A DNA stretch of 64,000 bases. It comes from Syntrophorhabdaceae bacterium. Its GTDB lineage: Bacteria; Desulfobacterota; Syntrophorhabdia; Syntrophorhabdales; Syntrophorhabdaceae. Shown one piece after another: positions 50,052 to 58,926 of the stretch. The notes under the pieces were generated by a model that had not been told where the DNA came from, ran no database searches, and saw only the letters and a list, made by a program, of their open reading frames with translations. How positions within the stretch are numbered: position 1 is the stretch's first letter; every line of letters begins with the position of its first letter. Both the position numbers and the translations under genes were made by a program. The stretch lies in contig CAXXUO010000001.1 in the NCBI GenBank assembly GCA_963666485.2, forward strand, positions 96,001 through 160,000, given 5' to 3'.

Positions 50052-51218
50052 TTACTCCATCACCTCGGCGATGACCTCGGTGATGTCCTTTATCGTTATG
50101 TCGTCCTCGTGGCCCGTGACAAGGCGCGAGTCCTCGAGTGCCGTGATGCAGTAAGGGCACGCCGTGACGAGCTCTGTCGTCCCTTCGGCGAGCGCCTGGT
50201 CGACGCGGATGTTCGAGAAGCGCTCGTGCTTCTCCGTCTCCGCCCACACCCTGCCGCCGCCCATGCCGCAGCACGTGGAATCCATGCGGGCCTCGGGAAG
50301 TTCCGCAAGCTCGACGCCCGGGACAGCCTTCAATACCTCGCGCGGGTCGTCGAAGATGCCGTTGTGACGTCCCAGGTAGCACGGGTCGTGGTAGGAGACC
50401 TTCTTCTGGTACTCCTTCTTGATCGTGAGCTTGCCCTCTTTTATGAGCTTAGGCAGGAGCTCAGAGATATGGACGACCTCGAAGTCAACCTTGAACTCGG
50501 GGTACTCGTTCTTGAATGTGTGATAGCAATGGGGCGAGGAAACCAGTATCTTTTTCACGCCGGCATCGATGAAGGCCTTGATGTTCTCCCTCGCGAGCTT
50601 CTTGAAGAGGTCCTCGTTGCCCGTCCTGCGGATGGACTCCCCGCAGCAAACCTCTTTCTCGCCCAGAATGCCGAACGTCACGCCGGCTTTCTTCAGGACC
50701 TTTGCGGTCGCCTGAGCCACCTTTTTGAGGCGCGGGTCGTAACTGCAGTAGCAGCACGGGAAGTACAAATACTCCATATCTTCCTTGTAGGGCTTGACGC
50801 CTAAGCCCGCGGCCCACTCGGCGCGGGTCTTCCTGTCTTCGTTAAAGGGGTTGCCCTGGCCGTTCAAGCCCGACGCGATGGTCTTGTATGATTTGACGGG
50901 GCCCGCGAAGACGCCGTATCCCGTTGCCATCCTGCGGATAGCGATCATGTCATCGATCTGCTTGACATCGCGGGGGCATCTCTGGGGGCATTTGCCGCAG
51001 GTCGTGCAGCGCCAGATCTCTTCCTTCTCGATCTCGGACAAGCCGAAGACGGCTTCCCTGATGAGCTTGCGCATCGAGAACTTACGGACCTTGTTCCAGG
51101 GACAGACTGTGTCGCATTTGCCGCACTGGTAACAATATTTTACAGCCTCGCCGCCCTTCTCCCTGATCTCGTCTATTACTTCCTGGAAAGGGGCTACGAT
51201 CTCCATTTTCTTTGCCAT
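50052..51218 (-). CDS. bamD: BamD: HdrC/HdrB-like Fe-S subunit
   Basis: CYQCGKCDTVCP, CTTCGKCPQRCP, two CCG motifs, YHDPCYLGR, ACPYC. Confidence 0.92.
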   Translation of the reverse strand: MAKKMEIVAPFQEVIDEIREKGGEAVKYCYQCGKCDTVCPWNKVRKFSMRKLIREAVFGLSEIEKEEIWRCTTCGKCPQRCPRDVKQIDDMIAIRRMATGYGVFAGPVKSYKTIASGLNGQGNPFNEDRKTRAEWAAGLGVKPYKEDMEYLYFPCCYCSYDPRLKKVAQATAKVLKKAGVTFGILGEKEVCCGESIRRTGNEDLFKKLARENIKAFIDAGVKKILVSSPHCYHTFKNEYPEFKVDFEVVHISELLPKLIKEGKLTIKKEYQKKVSYHDPCYLGRHNGIFDDPREVLKAVPGVELAELPEARMDSTCCGMGGGRVWAETEKHERFSNIRVDQALAEGTTELVTACPYCITALEDSRLVTGHEDDITIKDITEVIAEVME

Positions 51219-51242
51219 GGTAAGATCCTCGTTAATGGTCTT

Positions 51243-51788
51243 TTACTGCTGGTCCTTCTGGGACATCCGGGTCAGAGTGTCGGCCAGTTTGTCCATACCG
51301 TATTTATCGATCATGGACTTAAGGCTGTTCTCCACCTCTTCCGCCTCGAGACTTTCCTCGACCTCTTCTTCCCTTTCTTCATAGATAAGGGCGTCGTTCA
51401 AGCACCACTTAACGCACAAAGGTTTTTCAAGAGGCGGGTCGTCTTCGCACATATCGCACTTGAGCGGGAGGCCGGAATCCGGTTCTTTGAATGCGTCCCG
51501 GGAGGGGCACGATGCCCTGCAGAACCCGCACTCGTCGTACTCTTTGCCGTCGATGATGTACTGGTCGCGGCCCATGCACTCGGCTGCAGTATACTCACCG
51601 GCATACACCGGAACGTAGACGTCACGGATTGGATCGCGGATCATGCGGATGCGGGACCGTGCCGGGTTATTGCTTGAATACTTCGGATTAGCATGGAAGG
51701 CGGAGCAGATCACTTCGCATGCCCGGCAGCCATTGCACTTATCAAGATCGATCTTGATTTTCTTAACTATCTTCTTAGTCTTGGCCAT
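51243..51788 (-). CDS. bamC: BamC: ferredoxin-like subunit of class II benzoyl-CoA reductase
   Basis: CNGCRACEVICS, ECGFCRASCP, KCDMC...PLCVKWC. Confidence 0.92.
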   Translation of the reverse strand: MAKTKKIVKKIKIDLDKCNGCRACEVICSAFHANPKYSSNNPARSRIRMIRDPIRDVYVPVYAGEYTAAECMGRDQYIIDGKEYDECGFCRASCPSRDAFKEPDSGLPLKCDMCEDDPPLEKPLCVKWCLNDALIYEEREEEVEESLEAEEVENSLKSMIDKYGMDKLADTLTRMSQKDQQ

Positions 51789-53745
51789 CTTTGTATATCC
51801 CTCTCTGTTCAAAGTCTTCGGCAACATAGCCCAGATCCAAATTCTTCAAAGTTTCCTTTTTAGGAATACCATCCATGTTCCAACCTTTGAAATTGTAGTA
51901 TGCGTCGAGAAGTTTCTCTTCCAGTTCCGGGAACCTCTTCTTCCAGTGGTCTTCGGGCGGCTTCTCGTCTGCCCTGCGGAGCCCTCGCCTTACGTTGATG
52001 GAACGGACGAGGGTGCGGTTCCGTGCGTAGACCTTCTTTATATCGTCTTCGCTCATATCGATGCCCGTCGATGCAGAGACCATCTTCGGGTAATTATGCA
52101 CATGGTACGGCGGCTTCAGCGGGAAGGAGGACAGGCCGGCACAGACTCCGAGGGAGTCGTCGAGATAGTGCATCATCTCCTGCCAATCCACGATATCTAC
52201 CGACATGTCGACGGTCGGGAAGTACGGGTTCGATTTCTCGCCGCGCATTTCCCATTCCATGACGATCTGTTTGAATTTGTCGTCGGGGCACTGCGGCCAA
52301 TCCCGGATGAAATTCTCTTTCTCTTCCTGCGTCGCAAACGGCGCCTGCGGGAACTGCCCTTCGATCTGGGTAATGTTTATCTTCTCGCCGGTCGCATACA
52401 TCAGGAAGTAGACCGGGTTGAGCATGCCAAGTTTCAAGGGAAGCTGCTCGTGTTTCTTGATATTGTTGTGGGCATATATGTCCGCGCCGTTTCCGATCTT
52501 CTGCGCGGCCCAGTATGTTCCGTCGGCCAGGATATCGCCGATGCCTTCGCGGCGGACGAGCCTGTCGAGGAGCCAGTAGAATTTGCCTTCGTTGTCTGTC
52601 GGGCAGCCTTCGAAATCCTTGTCTGAGAGGATGCCGGCTTCCCTGAGCTCGTAAGCGAATGCCAGCGTCTGCGGTACGGAGAACCCGTCGACCCCGTATT
52701 CCGTTGCCTTCTGTGCGATCCTGAAACCGAAGTCGAGGTCTTCGACAAACGCGGCCATTGAATACGTGAGTTTGGAGAAGCATTTCATCATGTACGTCGA
52801 GATGCCCGGGACGGATATGATGGCGCCGCATTTCATCGGGCAGTTGTAGCAGCTGATGAGGCGCTTGCGCACGCTCAGCTGGGTTTCTTTCCATTTCTTT
52901 TCGATCTCGGCGTTCCAGAAATCTTTCCGCCGTGCCCGGGAGTTCCCCCACATGAAGTTTTCCGTATGCCATTTCTCGTCGACATGGAGCATTTCCTGCG
53001 GTGAGCCAAGGCCCTGGAGGATTGTCATGACGTTCGGGACCGGGTTTTCGTTCCTGTATTTTATGTACTCGAGGACCTCGTTGCACAGGTCGATAAATTC
53101 CGCAGGCCGTGCCAGGTTAATGTCTTTCGTTCCCCTGACAGCGATGGCCTTCACGCCTTTATCGCCCATAACGGCACCAAGCCCGAGGCGGCTTGCGCTT
53201 GAACGGCCCTGCTCGATCGAGGCCATGAAGACCCTGTTCTCGCCGGCAAGACCGATAGCTGCCACCTGGCAGTTCGGCTCGTTGAGTTCCTTCTTGATGA
53301 GCTCCTGCGTCTCGACGGCGCCCTTCCCTTTCAAGTGGGAAGCGTCGCGGATCTCCACCTTGTCGTTGTTTATCCAGATGTAGACAAGGCTCGGTGATTT
53401 CCCGCGAAGGACGATCTTATCATAGCCTGCATATTTCAATTCCGGCGCGAAGAAGCCGCCCATCATCGAATACCCCATCAACAAAGTCTGGGGTGAGTAC
53501 GCGGTTATGATGGTCCTGTTTGCGCCAGGGGCAGGTGTACCGCCAAAGAGGCCGGCACTGAACGTAAGAGGGATATCGGCGTCGAAAGGATCTATCTCGG
53601 GGGGAACCCTATCCCATAAAAGCTTGGAACTGGTCCCCAAACCGCCAAGATAAAGTTCCGTATCCTTGGGATCGGTCTCGACACGCTCGACATTGCCTGT
53701 GCTTAAATCGATTTCCAGGTTAAATCCGTTTTCTCCATACCTCAT
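51775..53745 (-). CDS. bamB: BamB: tungstopterin active-site subunit of class II benzoyl-CoA reductase (AOR family)
   Basis: Recognisable BamB sequence: DTELYLGGLG, GSPQEM...EKWHTENF, SCYNCPMKC, TYMMKCF, GEKINITQIEGQFPQ, CAGLSSFPLKPPYH. Confidence 0.95.
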   Translation of the reverse strand: MRYGENGFNLEIDLSTGNVERVETDPKDTELYLGGLGTSSKLLWDRVPPEIDPFDADIPLTFSAGLFGGTPAPGANRTIITAYSPQTLLMGYSMMGGFFAPELKYAGYDKIVLRGKSPSLVYIWINNDKVEIRDASHLKGKGAVETQELIKKELNEPNCQVAAIGLAGENRVFMASIEQGRSSASRLGLGAVMGDKGVKAIAVRGTKDINLARPAEFIDLCNEVLEYIKYRNENPVPNVMTILQGLGSPQEMLHVDEKWHTENFMWGNSRARRKDFWNAEIEKKWKETQLSVRKRLISCYNCPMKCGAIISVPGISTYMMKCFSKLTYSMAAFVEDLDFGFRIAQKATEYGVDGFSVPQTLAFAYELREAGILSDKDFEGCPTDNEGKFYWLLDRLVRREGIGDILADGTYWAAQKIGNGADIYAHNNIKKHEQLPLKLGMLNPVYFLMYATGEKINITQIEGQFPQAPFATQEEKENFIRDWPQCPDDKFKQIVMEWEMRGEKSNPYFPTVDMSVDIVDWQEMMHYLDDSLGVCAGLSSFPLKPPYHVHNYPKMVSASTGIDMSEDDIKKVYARNRTLVRSINVRRGLRRADEKPPEDHWKKRFPELEEKLLDAYYNFKGWNMDGIPKKETLKNLDLGYVAEDFEQRGIYKDGQD

Positions 53746-53802
53746 TTTTACTCCTCCAAGAGTATCTTCGCGACCTGAGCCCGAAGTTAGGTTTAGGTAA
53801 TT

Positions 53803-53857
53803 AAGTTAACAAATTCACAAAACCCTTGTCAAGGTCAAATAATGAAAGAATTCACAA
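53803..53857. promoter_or_regulatory. bamB promoter region: TTGACA (-35, 53827-53832, minus strand) flanked by two Rex-like boxes
   Basis: aagttaa-caaa-ttcacaa (53803-53820) and taatgaa-agaa-ttcacaa (53840-53857). Confidence 0.55.
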
Positions 53858-54069
53858 GGTTAGGTGCTCTCTACGGTAACTTTAAAGTCATCACCTTGGA
53901 ACATTTCGGTATTTTGGGTATTTTTATTCTGTACATAGTAATTATATAATATATAATATTGAAATTTAAATAACAATTTAAAATTGAGCAAGCTTCGGAG
54001 CGATCATATCGGGCACCCGTCGTTGGAAGCAGGCATACCACACTATAATTTTCGGATTTTATTGACGAA

Positions 54070-55377
54070 TTATTTATTGCGTACCCTCTTGCCAAGGACG
54101 CAGGAGGTCTCGATCTGACGTTCCGGAATATTCCAATATTTTCTTAACAGATCATCCTTGTTTTCCATCAATTGAAAGCCGAATTTCTGGTAAAAACGCA
54201 CCGCCCAATCGGCGGCCTTCCATGTCCCCACCAGGAGCCACTCGGTGTCGGCCTGCCTCTCGATCAGATCATAAAGTTTCGACCCGATACCCCTGCCCTG
54301 CTCGGAGGGCAGAACATAGGCATGCCGGACAAGGGTCACATCGCCCACCCTCTCCCGTGCCATGACACCGAGCAATGCGAGGTCCCTCCGATATCCGTAA
54401 AAGGACATCCTTTTCATCTCATCTTCAAGCTCACTCATGGGCATGTACGGCTCGTGATAGCAATCACCGGGTATAACATCCCGGTACCGTTTCGATGCAT
54501 CATCAATGACCGGGAATATCTCATCTGTGTCCTCAACCCCGAAAAGGCCCTCCTTCCAGAACCCGTAAAGGTCGTACGCATTCCGGAACGCGATCCTGTC
54601 GAGCACCTCACCGTCATCGACAAGACGGGAAAGGACGTCGTAATTTTTCCGGATGCCGGGAACACCGGGGAAATCCGTCCCGAAAAGATATTTGTGCGCG
54701 AACTTCTTCATCGAGGGCCAGTAATTCAAGAGATTTCCGGGCGGAAGGCCCGATATATCGATGTACACATTGTCAAAATTCTTGACGAGGAATTCGGCGA
54801 TATTGTACCAGAAACCGCGGCCTCCGTGGCACAGGACGATCTTCAGGCGGGGGAAATCATTGACCACATCGTCGAATGTGTACGGGTCGGAATACCGCAT
54901 CTTCGAGCCCTCAAAAAGACTGGTGCCCGCATGGAACAGAACGGGCAGGTCCTGATCCTGGCATGCATCGTATATCGGGTAGAGCCTCTTATCATTCGCA
55001 TAGAAGAATCCGTGGATGGGATGCAGCTTGAGCGCCCGGCCACCGAGGCCCAACTGCCGGGTAAACTCGGACATCAGGTCATCGTGAAAGTTCAGGTTCA
55101 AATTCGCTATCGGGACAAGTTCGGGATGGAACGTATGTATCTCGAGCGCGCGCTCGATGGGCATCACGCCGGCGGTAAGGGGTGAGTATTCGGGGATCAG
55201 TACGCCTCCGAACACCCCCTCGCGCTTGATGACGGCCCCGTATTCTTCGGCCATCTGCCTTTGTTCCCCGTCATACAGCAAGGGAATGTAGGGTCCGGTC
55301 TGCATCCAGACCTTCTGGGCCCGCTCGGTCCACTCAAACCTGTGGCCGACATGGATATGCGTATCTATTATCCGCAT
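54070..55377 (-). CDS. Amidohydrolase_2-family protein fused to a C-terminal GNAT domain
   Basis: IDTHIH, KLHP, FHAG, CHGG, FGTDFP; then YVLP..QGRGIGS.L and AVRFYQKFGF. Confidence 0.88.
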   Translation of the reverse strand: MRIIDTHIHVGHRFEWTERAQKVWMQTGPYIPLLYDGEQRQMAEEYGAVIKREGVFGGVLIPEYSPLTAGVMPIERALEIHTFHPELVPIANLNLNFHDDLMSEFTRQLGLGGRALKLHPIHGFFYANDKRLYPIYDACQDQDLPVLFHAGTSLFEGSKMRYSDPYTFDDVVNDFPRLKIVLCHGGRGFWYNIAEFLVKNFDNVYIDISGLPPGNLLNYWPSMKKFAHKYLFGTDFPGVPGIRKNYDVLSRLVDDGEVLDRIAFRNAYDLYGFWKEGLFGVEDTDEIFPVIDDASKRYRDVIPGDCYHEPYMPMSELEDEMKRMSFYGYRRDLALLGVMARERVGDVTLVRHAYVLPSEQGRGIGSKLYDLIERQADTEWLLVGTWKAADWAVRFYQKFGFQLMENKDDLLRKYWNIPERQIETSCVLGKRVRNK

Positions 55378-55474
55378 AGTTCATTGTATAAAAAGAAAGG
55401 CTGTTGTTCAAGCTAAGGATGCGGCGGAAATTGTACACATTTTGTTAAATTCTCTGATCTTTGGCACGGGAGGA

Positions 55475-56491
55475 TCAGAAACGGTATTCCAGGGTAAAAG
55501 ACAGGCTGGCCTGCTTTGACCAGACCGTGGCGAGATTCGACCAGCTGAAATCCATATCGAGGGGGCGGTTAAGCATGCGATGGTTGCCCGTCGTGGTCAA
55601 CGCGAGGTAGTCCAGTTCAAGGCCGACACCGAAATTGTCCCCGATATACTTCTTGAGCCCGATCGAGGCGTGCCAGGCGTAACCGTACGTGTTCTCAAGG
55701 GTAAAACGCTGGCCCGGCCTCAACAGGTGATTGTCCTCATTTTCACCTTCAACGTATGCCCAATCGCCCTGCATCAGGAGCATGAGGGCCTTTATCCCTG
55801 TCAGAGAAGATAGGTCTACGTGGGTACGCAGGCCGATAAAATACTGCCAGTACTGCTGTTTGAAGCGTATCCCCTCCCCGGGCAGGGCAACTGCCGGCGT
55901 ACTGCCCGTCAGGTCCCATTGCACGCCATCATGAGAGACGAGATTGAATTTCTGCCAGCGTATACCGCCAACCGGCTTTATGCTCAGCCATTTCGGAAGG
56001 CGCAGCCAGTCTGAGACGTCCATATCCGCATCGAACCTGACCATGTAGCTCGGTGCGACCCGCATATCGGATTTACTGTAAATGGTCTTCTCTTCGGGCC
56101 TTGCACCATCGTCCCAATCTGAATCCTTGAATTGACCGTGCGCGTTCTGCGTGAGGTTCGTCAGGCCTTCCAGTCCGAAGGAGAAGCGGGAAAAGTTGAA
56201 TTTCACCTCCAGTCCGCCCCACCAGGTGTCGAGGGGAAATTCAAGCCGGCTCAACGGGTCCTGGTAAGGAGAAAACGGGTTGGCAAATTCATATGATGTG
56301 TAGCTGCGGAAAAGATATTTCAGTTTCCCGCCGATCGAGAACGACTTCGTGACCGGTACCGATCCACTTTTTTCCAGGGGTGCGGCGGCTGAATGAGAGA
56401 AAGTGAGGAGGGTAAGGGAGATAACAAAGCCAACCACGTGAAAAAATCGGCGGGTCGGTAGTCTCTTCAGCATGGTTTCCCATCTTAACAC
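55475..56491 (-). CDS. Omptin-family outer-membrane protease
   Basis: SRLEF, DSDW (DxD) and DNH (DxH) catalytic pairs, terminal YRF; start may be 56473. Confidence 0.8.
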   Translation of the reverse strand: MLRWETMLKRLPTRRFFHVVGFVISLTLLTFSHSAAAPLEKSGSVPVTKSFSIGGKLKYLFRSYTSYEFANPFSPYQDPLSRLEFPLDTWWGGLEVKFNFSRFSFGLEGLTNLTQNAHGQFKDSDWDDGARPEEKTIYSKSDMRVAPSYMVRFDADMDVSDWLRLPKWLSIKPVGGIRWQKFNLVSHDGVQWDLTGSTPAVALPGEGIRFKQQYWQYFIGLRTHVDLSSLTGIKALMLLMQGDWAYVEGENEDNHLLRPGQRFTLENTYGYAWHASIGLKKYIGDNFGVGLELDYLALTTTGNHRMLNRPLDMDFSWSNLATVWSKQASLSFTLEYRF

Positions 56492-56558
56492 AGCGGTTGG
56501 AAATGTAAAACATCCCCGGAAACCTCACGTGCTGAGAAACGAAAAAAGCAAGATGTTG

Positions 56559-57728
56559 TCAGATTGTCAAAAAACCATCGGGGGCGAGGCTGGTTGCCAG
56601 CATCACCGTGTTGATATCCCGGTGTTCTTTCCAGGCATCCGTTTTTCGGTTTGCCTCGTCGAGCCAGTATTCCTCGATCCTGTCCTTAAGCGACATATAT
56701 TTCCAGAACGTCTTGAGCATGACCGGGATGTCCCGGTCGTCCTTGAAAACAGCCATATTGTCGCGCAGGAAAGAATCGAGAGATTCCAACGCGTGAAGCC
56801 CGATCGCCAGCCCGAGTTCCCGGAAGGCAAGGCGGAATTCTGCCGGCGTGTAGAGGAAATTCTCCCGGCCGGGATATTTGAGCCCCGGCATGGCTGCCTC
56901 GAGAACGATCCTCAGCATGTCGGAACCTTCGAGGGTCCCCTGCGCAAAAAGCTGCGCAACCCTGAACGCATCGCATAAAAGACCGCCAAGCCCGAGAAGG
57001 TCGTCCGTTTGCCAGTCCCTGTCCGCGCATATGCCGATGAGGTCGTCGATCTCGGTCTGCAGGCTCAATGAAGCCGGCGCCCCGGGGTCGCGTGCAAGTG
57101 CCCCCTGGAGCTCAATGTACGTGATCAGCCCGTCGAGCGGGTCGTGGTGCCCCATCGATTCGACCAGCGGGTAGGACAGGTTGATGCTCATCTTCCAGTA
57201 CATTCGTTTCGAATGCGCACTGTTCCCGTACACGAAGCCGCGGTGAGCGGTCTTTGCGAGTTCGACCGCCCACCTGTTGAATATATGGTTCCCGGTAACC
57301 GTGCTTACCCGGTTCAGGGCATGCATCCATTTCGTCAGGTAATGATAGTACTGCCCGTCCCTTTCCCATTCCTTGTATTCATCGATCGGGTCGCCGGGCC
57401 CGCGTTCATCCATCGCTTTACCGATCCGCAGCCCCCCGGCCGTGGGATGTGCCGCGCCCTCCTTTTCGGTGAGGCCGCTCAACCATCCCTGGTGCTGTGA
57501 ACCTGTGCGATGCTTGCCGAGGACCTGGTGCACTTCATCGACGAGAAGAAGTGCAAGCTCCTTCCATTTACCATCGCCCGTCGCCTGGTAAAGCCCGAGA
57601 AAATTGCAGACGGCGTAAGCGTCTGTCCAGAGGTAGCGCTTGGAGAATTGACCCGCGGGCGAAAGCCCGGTGCGTTCCGCGAAGTCTTCCATGAATTCCG
57701 CCGCGCTTTGCATCCTTTCCTGGTCCAT
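56559..57728 (-). CDS. Conserved hypothetical protein, possibly an (alpha/alpha)-barrel glycosidase-like fold
   Basis: RYLWTDAYAVCN, GGLRIGK, DGQYYHYLTKWMHAL, MYWKMS, LAFRELGL, HRDIN.VMLAT. Confidence 0.7.
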   Translation of the reverse strand: MDQERMQSAAEFMEDFAERTGLSPAGQFSKRYLWTDAYAVCNFLGLYQATGDGKWKELALLLVDEVHQVLGKHRTGSQHQGWLSGLTEKEGAAHPTAGGLRIGKAMDERGPGDPIDEYKEWERDGQYYHYLTKWMHALNRVSTVTGNHIFNRWAVELAKTAHRGFVYGNSAHSKRMYWKMSINLSYPLVESMGHHDPLDGLITYIELQGALARDPGAPASLSLQTEIDDLIGICADRDWQTDDLLGLGGLLCDAFRVAQLFAQGTLEGSDMLRIVLEAAMPGLKYPGRENFLYTPAEFRLAFRELGLAIGLHALESLDSFLRDNMAVFKDDRDIPVMLKTFWKYMSLKDRIEEYWLDEANRKTDAWKEHRDINTVMLATSLAPDGFLTI

Positions 57729-57992
57729 GCACCCTCTTGTCACTTGCTTCTGCATTCCGGCATGCAGCGCCGCCGGGGGGGGGCAGGCAGGCAATGCCGT
57801 GATTTATAGTAATGAATATATATTGCGGGGTTGGTATATGCAAGACAGTTTATGCCGGTGTTTTACCGTGATGCCGGCCTGAATTGCAGGGTGAGCCCTC
57901 TATTTTCCTCTTATTAAACATATATGGTCAACCGGCCGGCTGTTTGCTAGCATAACCCTGAAAAATAAACGCAGCACATGGGGGGATCTCGC

Positions 57993-58907
57993 ATGGAAGA
58001 CAAAGCAAACCTGCACGGAATGGGCTGGCTGCCCGACTACCCGGACATCAGGGACTTCACACCCGACCACGACAGGGTCCCGAGGAAGCTCGCGGCAATG
58101 GGCGAGACAAGGTCTGTTCGCGACATGCTCCTAAAGGCCGGTATATCGGGAGGGGCGCAGCCGGACCTGCCGGCCCTCGTTGACCTCAGGCAATGGTGCC
58201 CGCCGATAGAGGACCAGGGCAAGATCGGCTCCTGCACCGCCCATGCGGGAGTGTCCATCGTAGAGTATTTCGAGAGAAGGGCCTTTGGGAATCATCTCGA
58301 TGCCTCACGGCTGTTTCTCTACAAGGCCACGCGCAACCTGCTGCACCACGCCGGGGATACCGGGGCATTCATACGCTCGGCCATGGCCGCCCTGGCACTT
58401 TTCGGCGTGCCGCCCGAAGAACACTGGCCTTACAACCCTGCAGACTTTGACAAAGAGCCTCCGGCTTTTTGTTATGCGCTTGCGAGAAATTACCAGGCGA
58501 TCAGTTATTACCGGCTCGACAGCCCCGGCATAACGAAAGATGCGCTGCTTACGGCCATCAAGAAAGACCTTGCAGCGGGAATTCCTGCCATGTTCGGCTT
58601 CACTGTTTATAATTCCTATATGCAATCCGTGAAAACCGGAAAGATACCTTTTCCGGCCGGAAACGAGAAAATAGTGGGCGGGCATGCCGTCGCAGCCATG
58701 GGATATGACGACTCGATCACCATCAGGAACGCAGGCGCTGCGGAAGAAACGCAAGGCGCCCTGCTCATCAGGAATTCCTGGGGCGCCGGGTGGGGCATGG
58801 ACGGCTATGGGTGGCTCCCGTATGAATATGTCCTGAAAGGACTTGCCATTGACTGGTGGTCAGTCATTAAATGCCAGTGGATAGACACCGGGCTTTTCAA
58901 GCTCTAG
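57993..58907 (+). CDS. Papain-like C1 family cysteine peptidase
   Basis: DQGKIGSCTA (Gln, Cys), GGHAV..MGYDD (His), IRNSWG (Asn). Confidence 0.93.
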   Translation: MEDKANLHGMGWLPDYPDIRDFTPDHDRVPRKLAAMGETRSVRDMLLKAGISGGAQPDLPALVDLRQWCPPIEDQGKIGSCTAHAGVSIVEYFERRAFGNHLDASRLFLYKATRNLLHHAGDTGAFIRSAMAALALFGVPPEEHWPYNPADFDKEPPAFCYALARNYQAISYYRLDSPGITKDALLTAIKKDLAAGIPAMFGFTVYNSYMQSVKTGKIPFPAGNEKIVGGHAVAAMGYDDSITIRNAGAAEETQGALLIRNSWGAGWGMDGYGWLPYEYVLKGLAIDWWSVIKCQWIDTGLFKL

Positions 58908-58926
58908 CTTCCAGGGTAGAGACCGG

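Noticed and set aside
53871..54095. 74-aa ORF in the AT-rich region upstream of bamB
   Set aside because: Atypical composition, overlaps the end of the neighbouring gene, and is more likely regulatory DNA.
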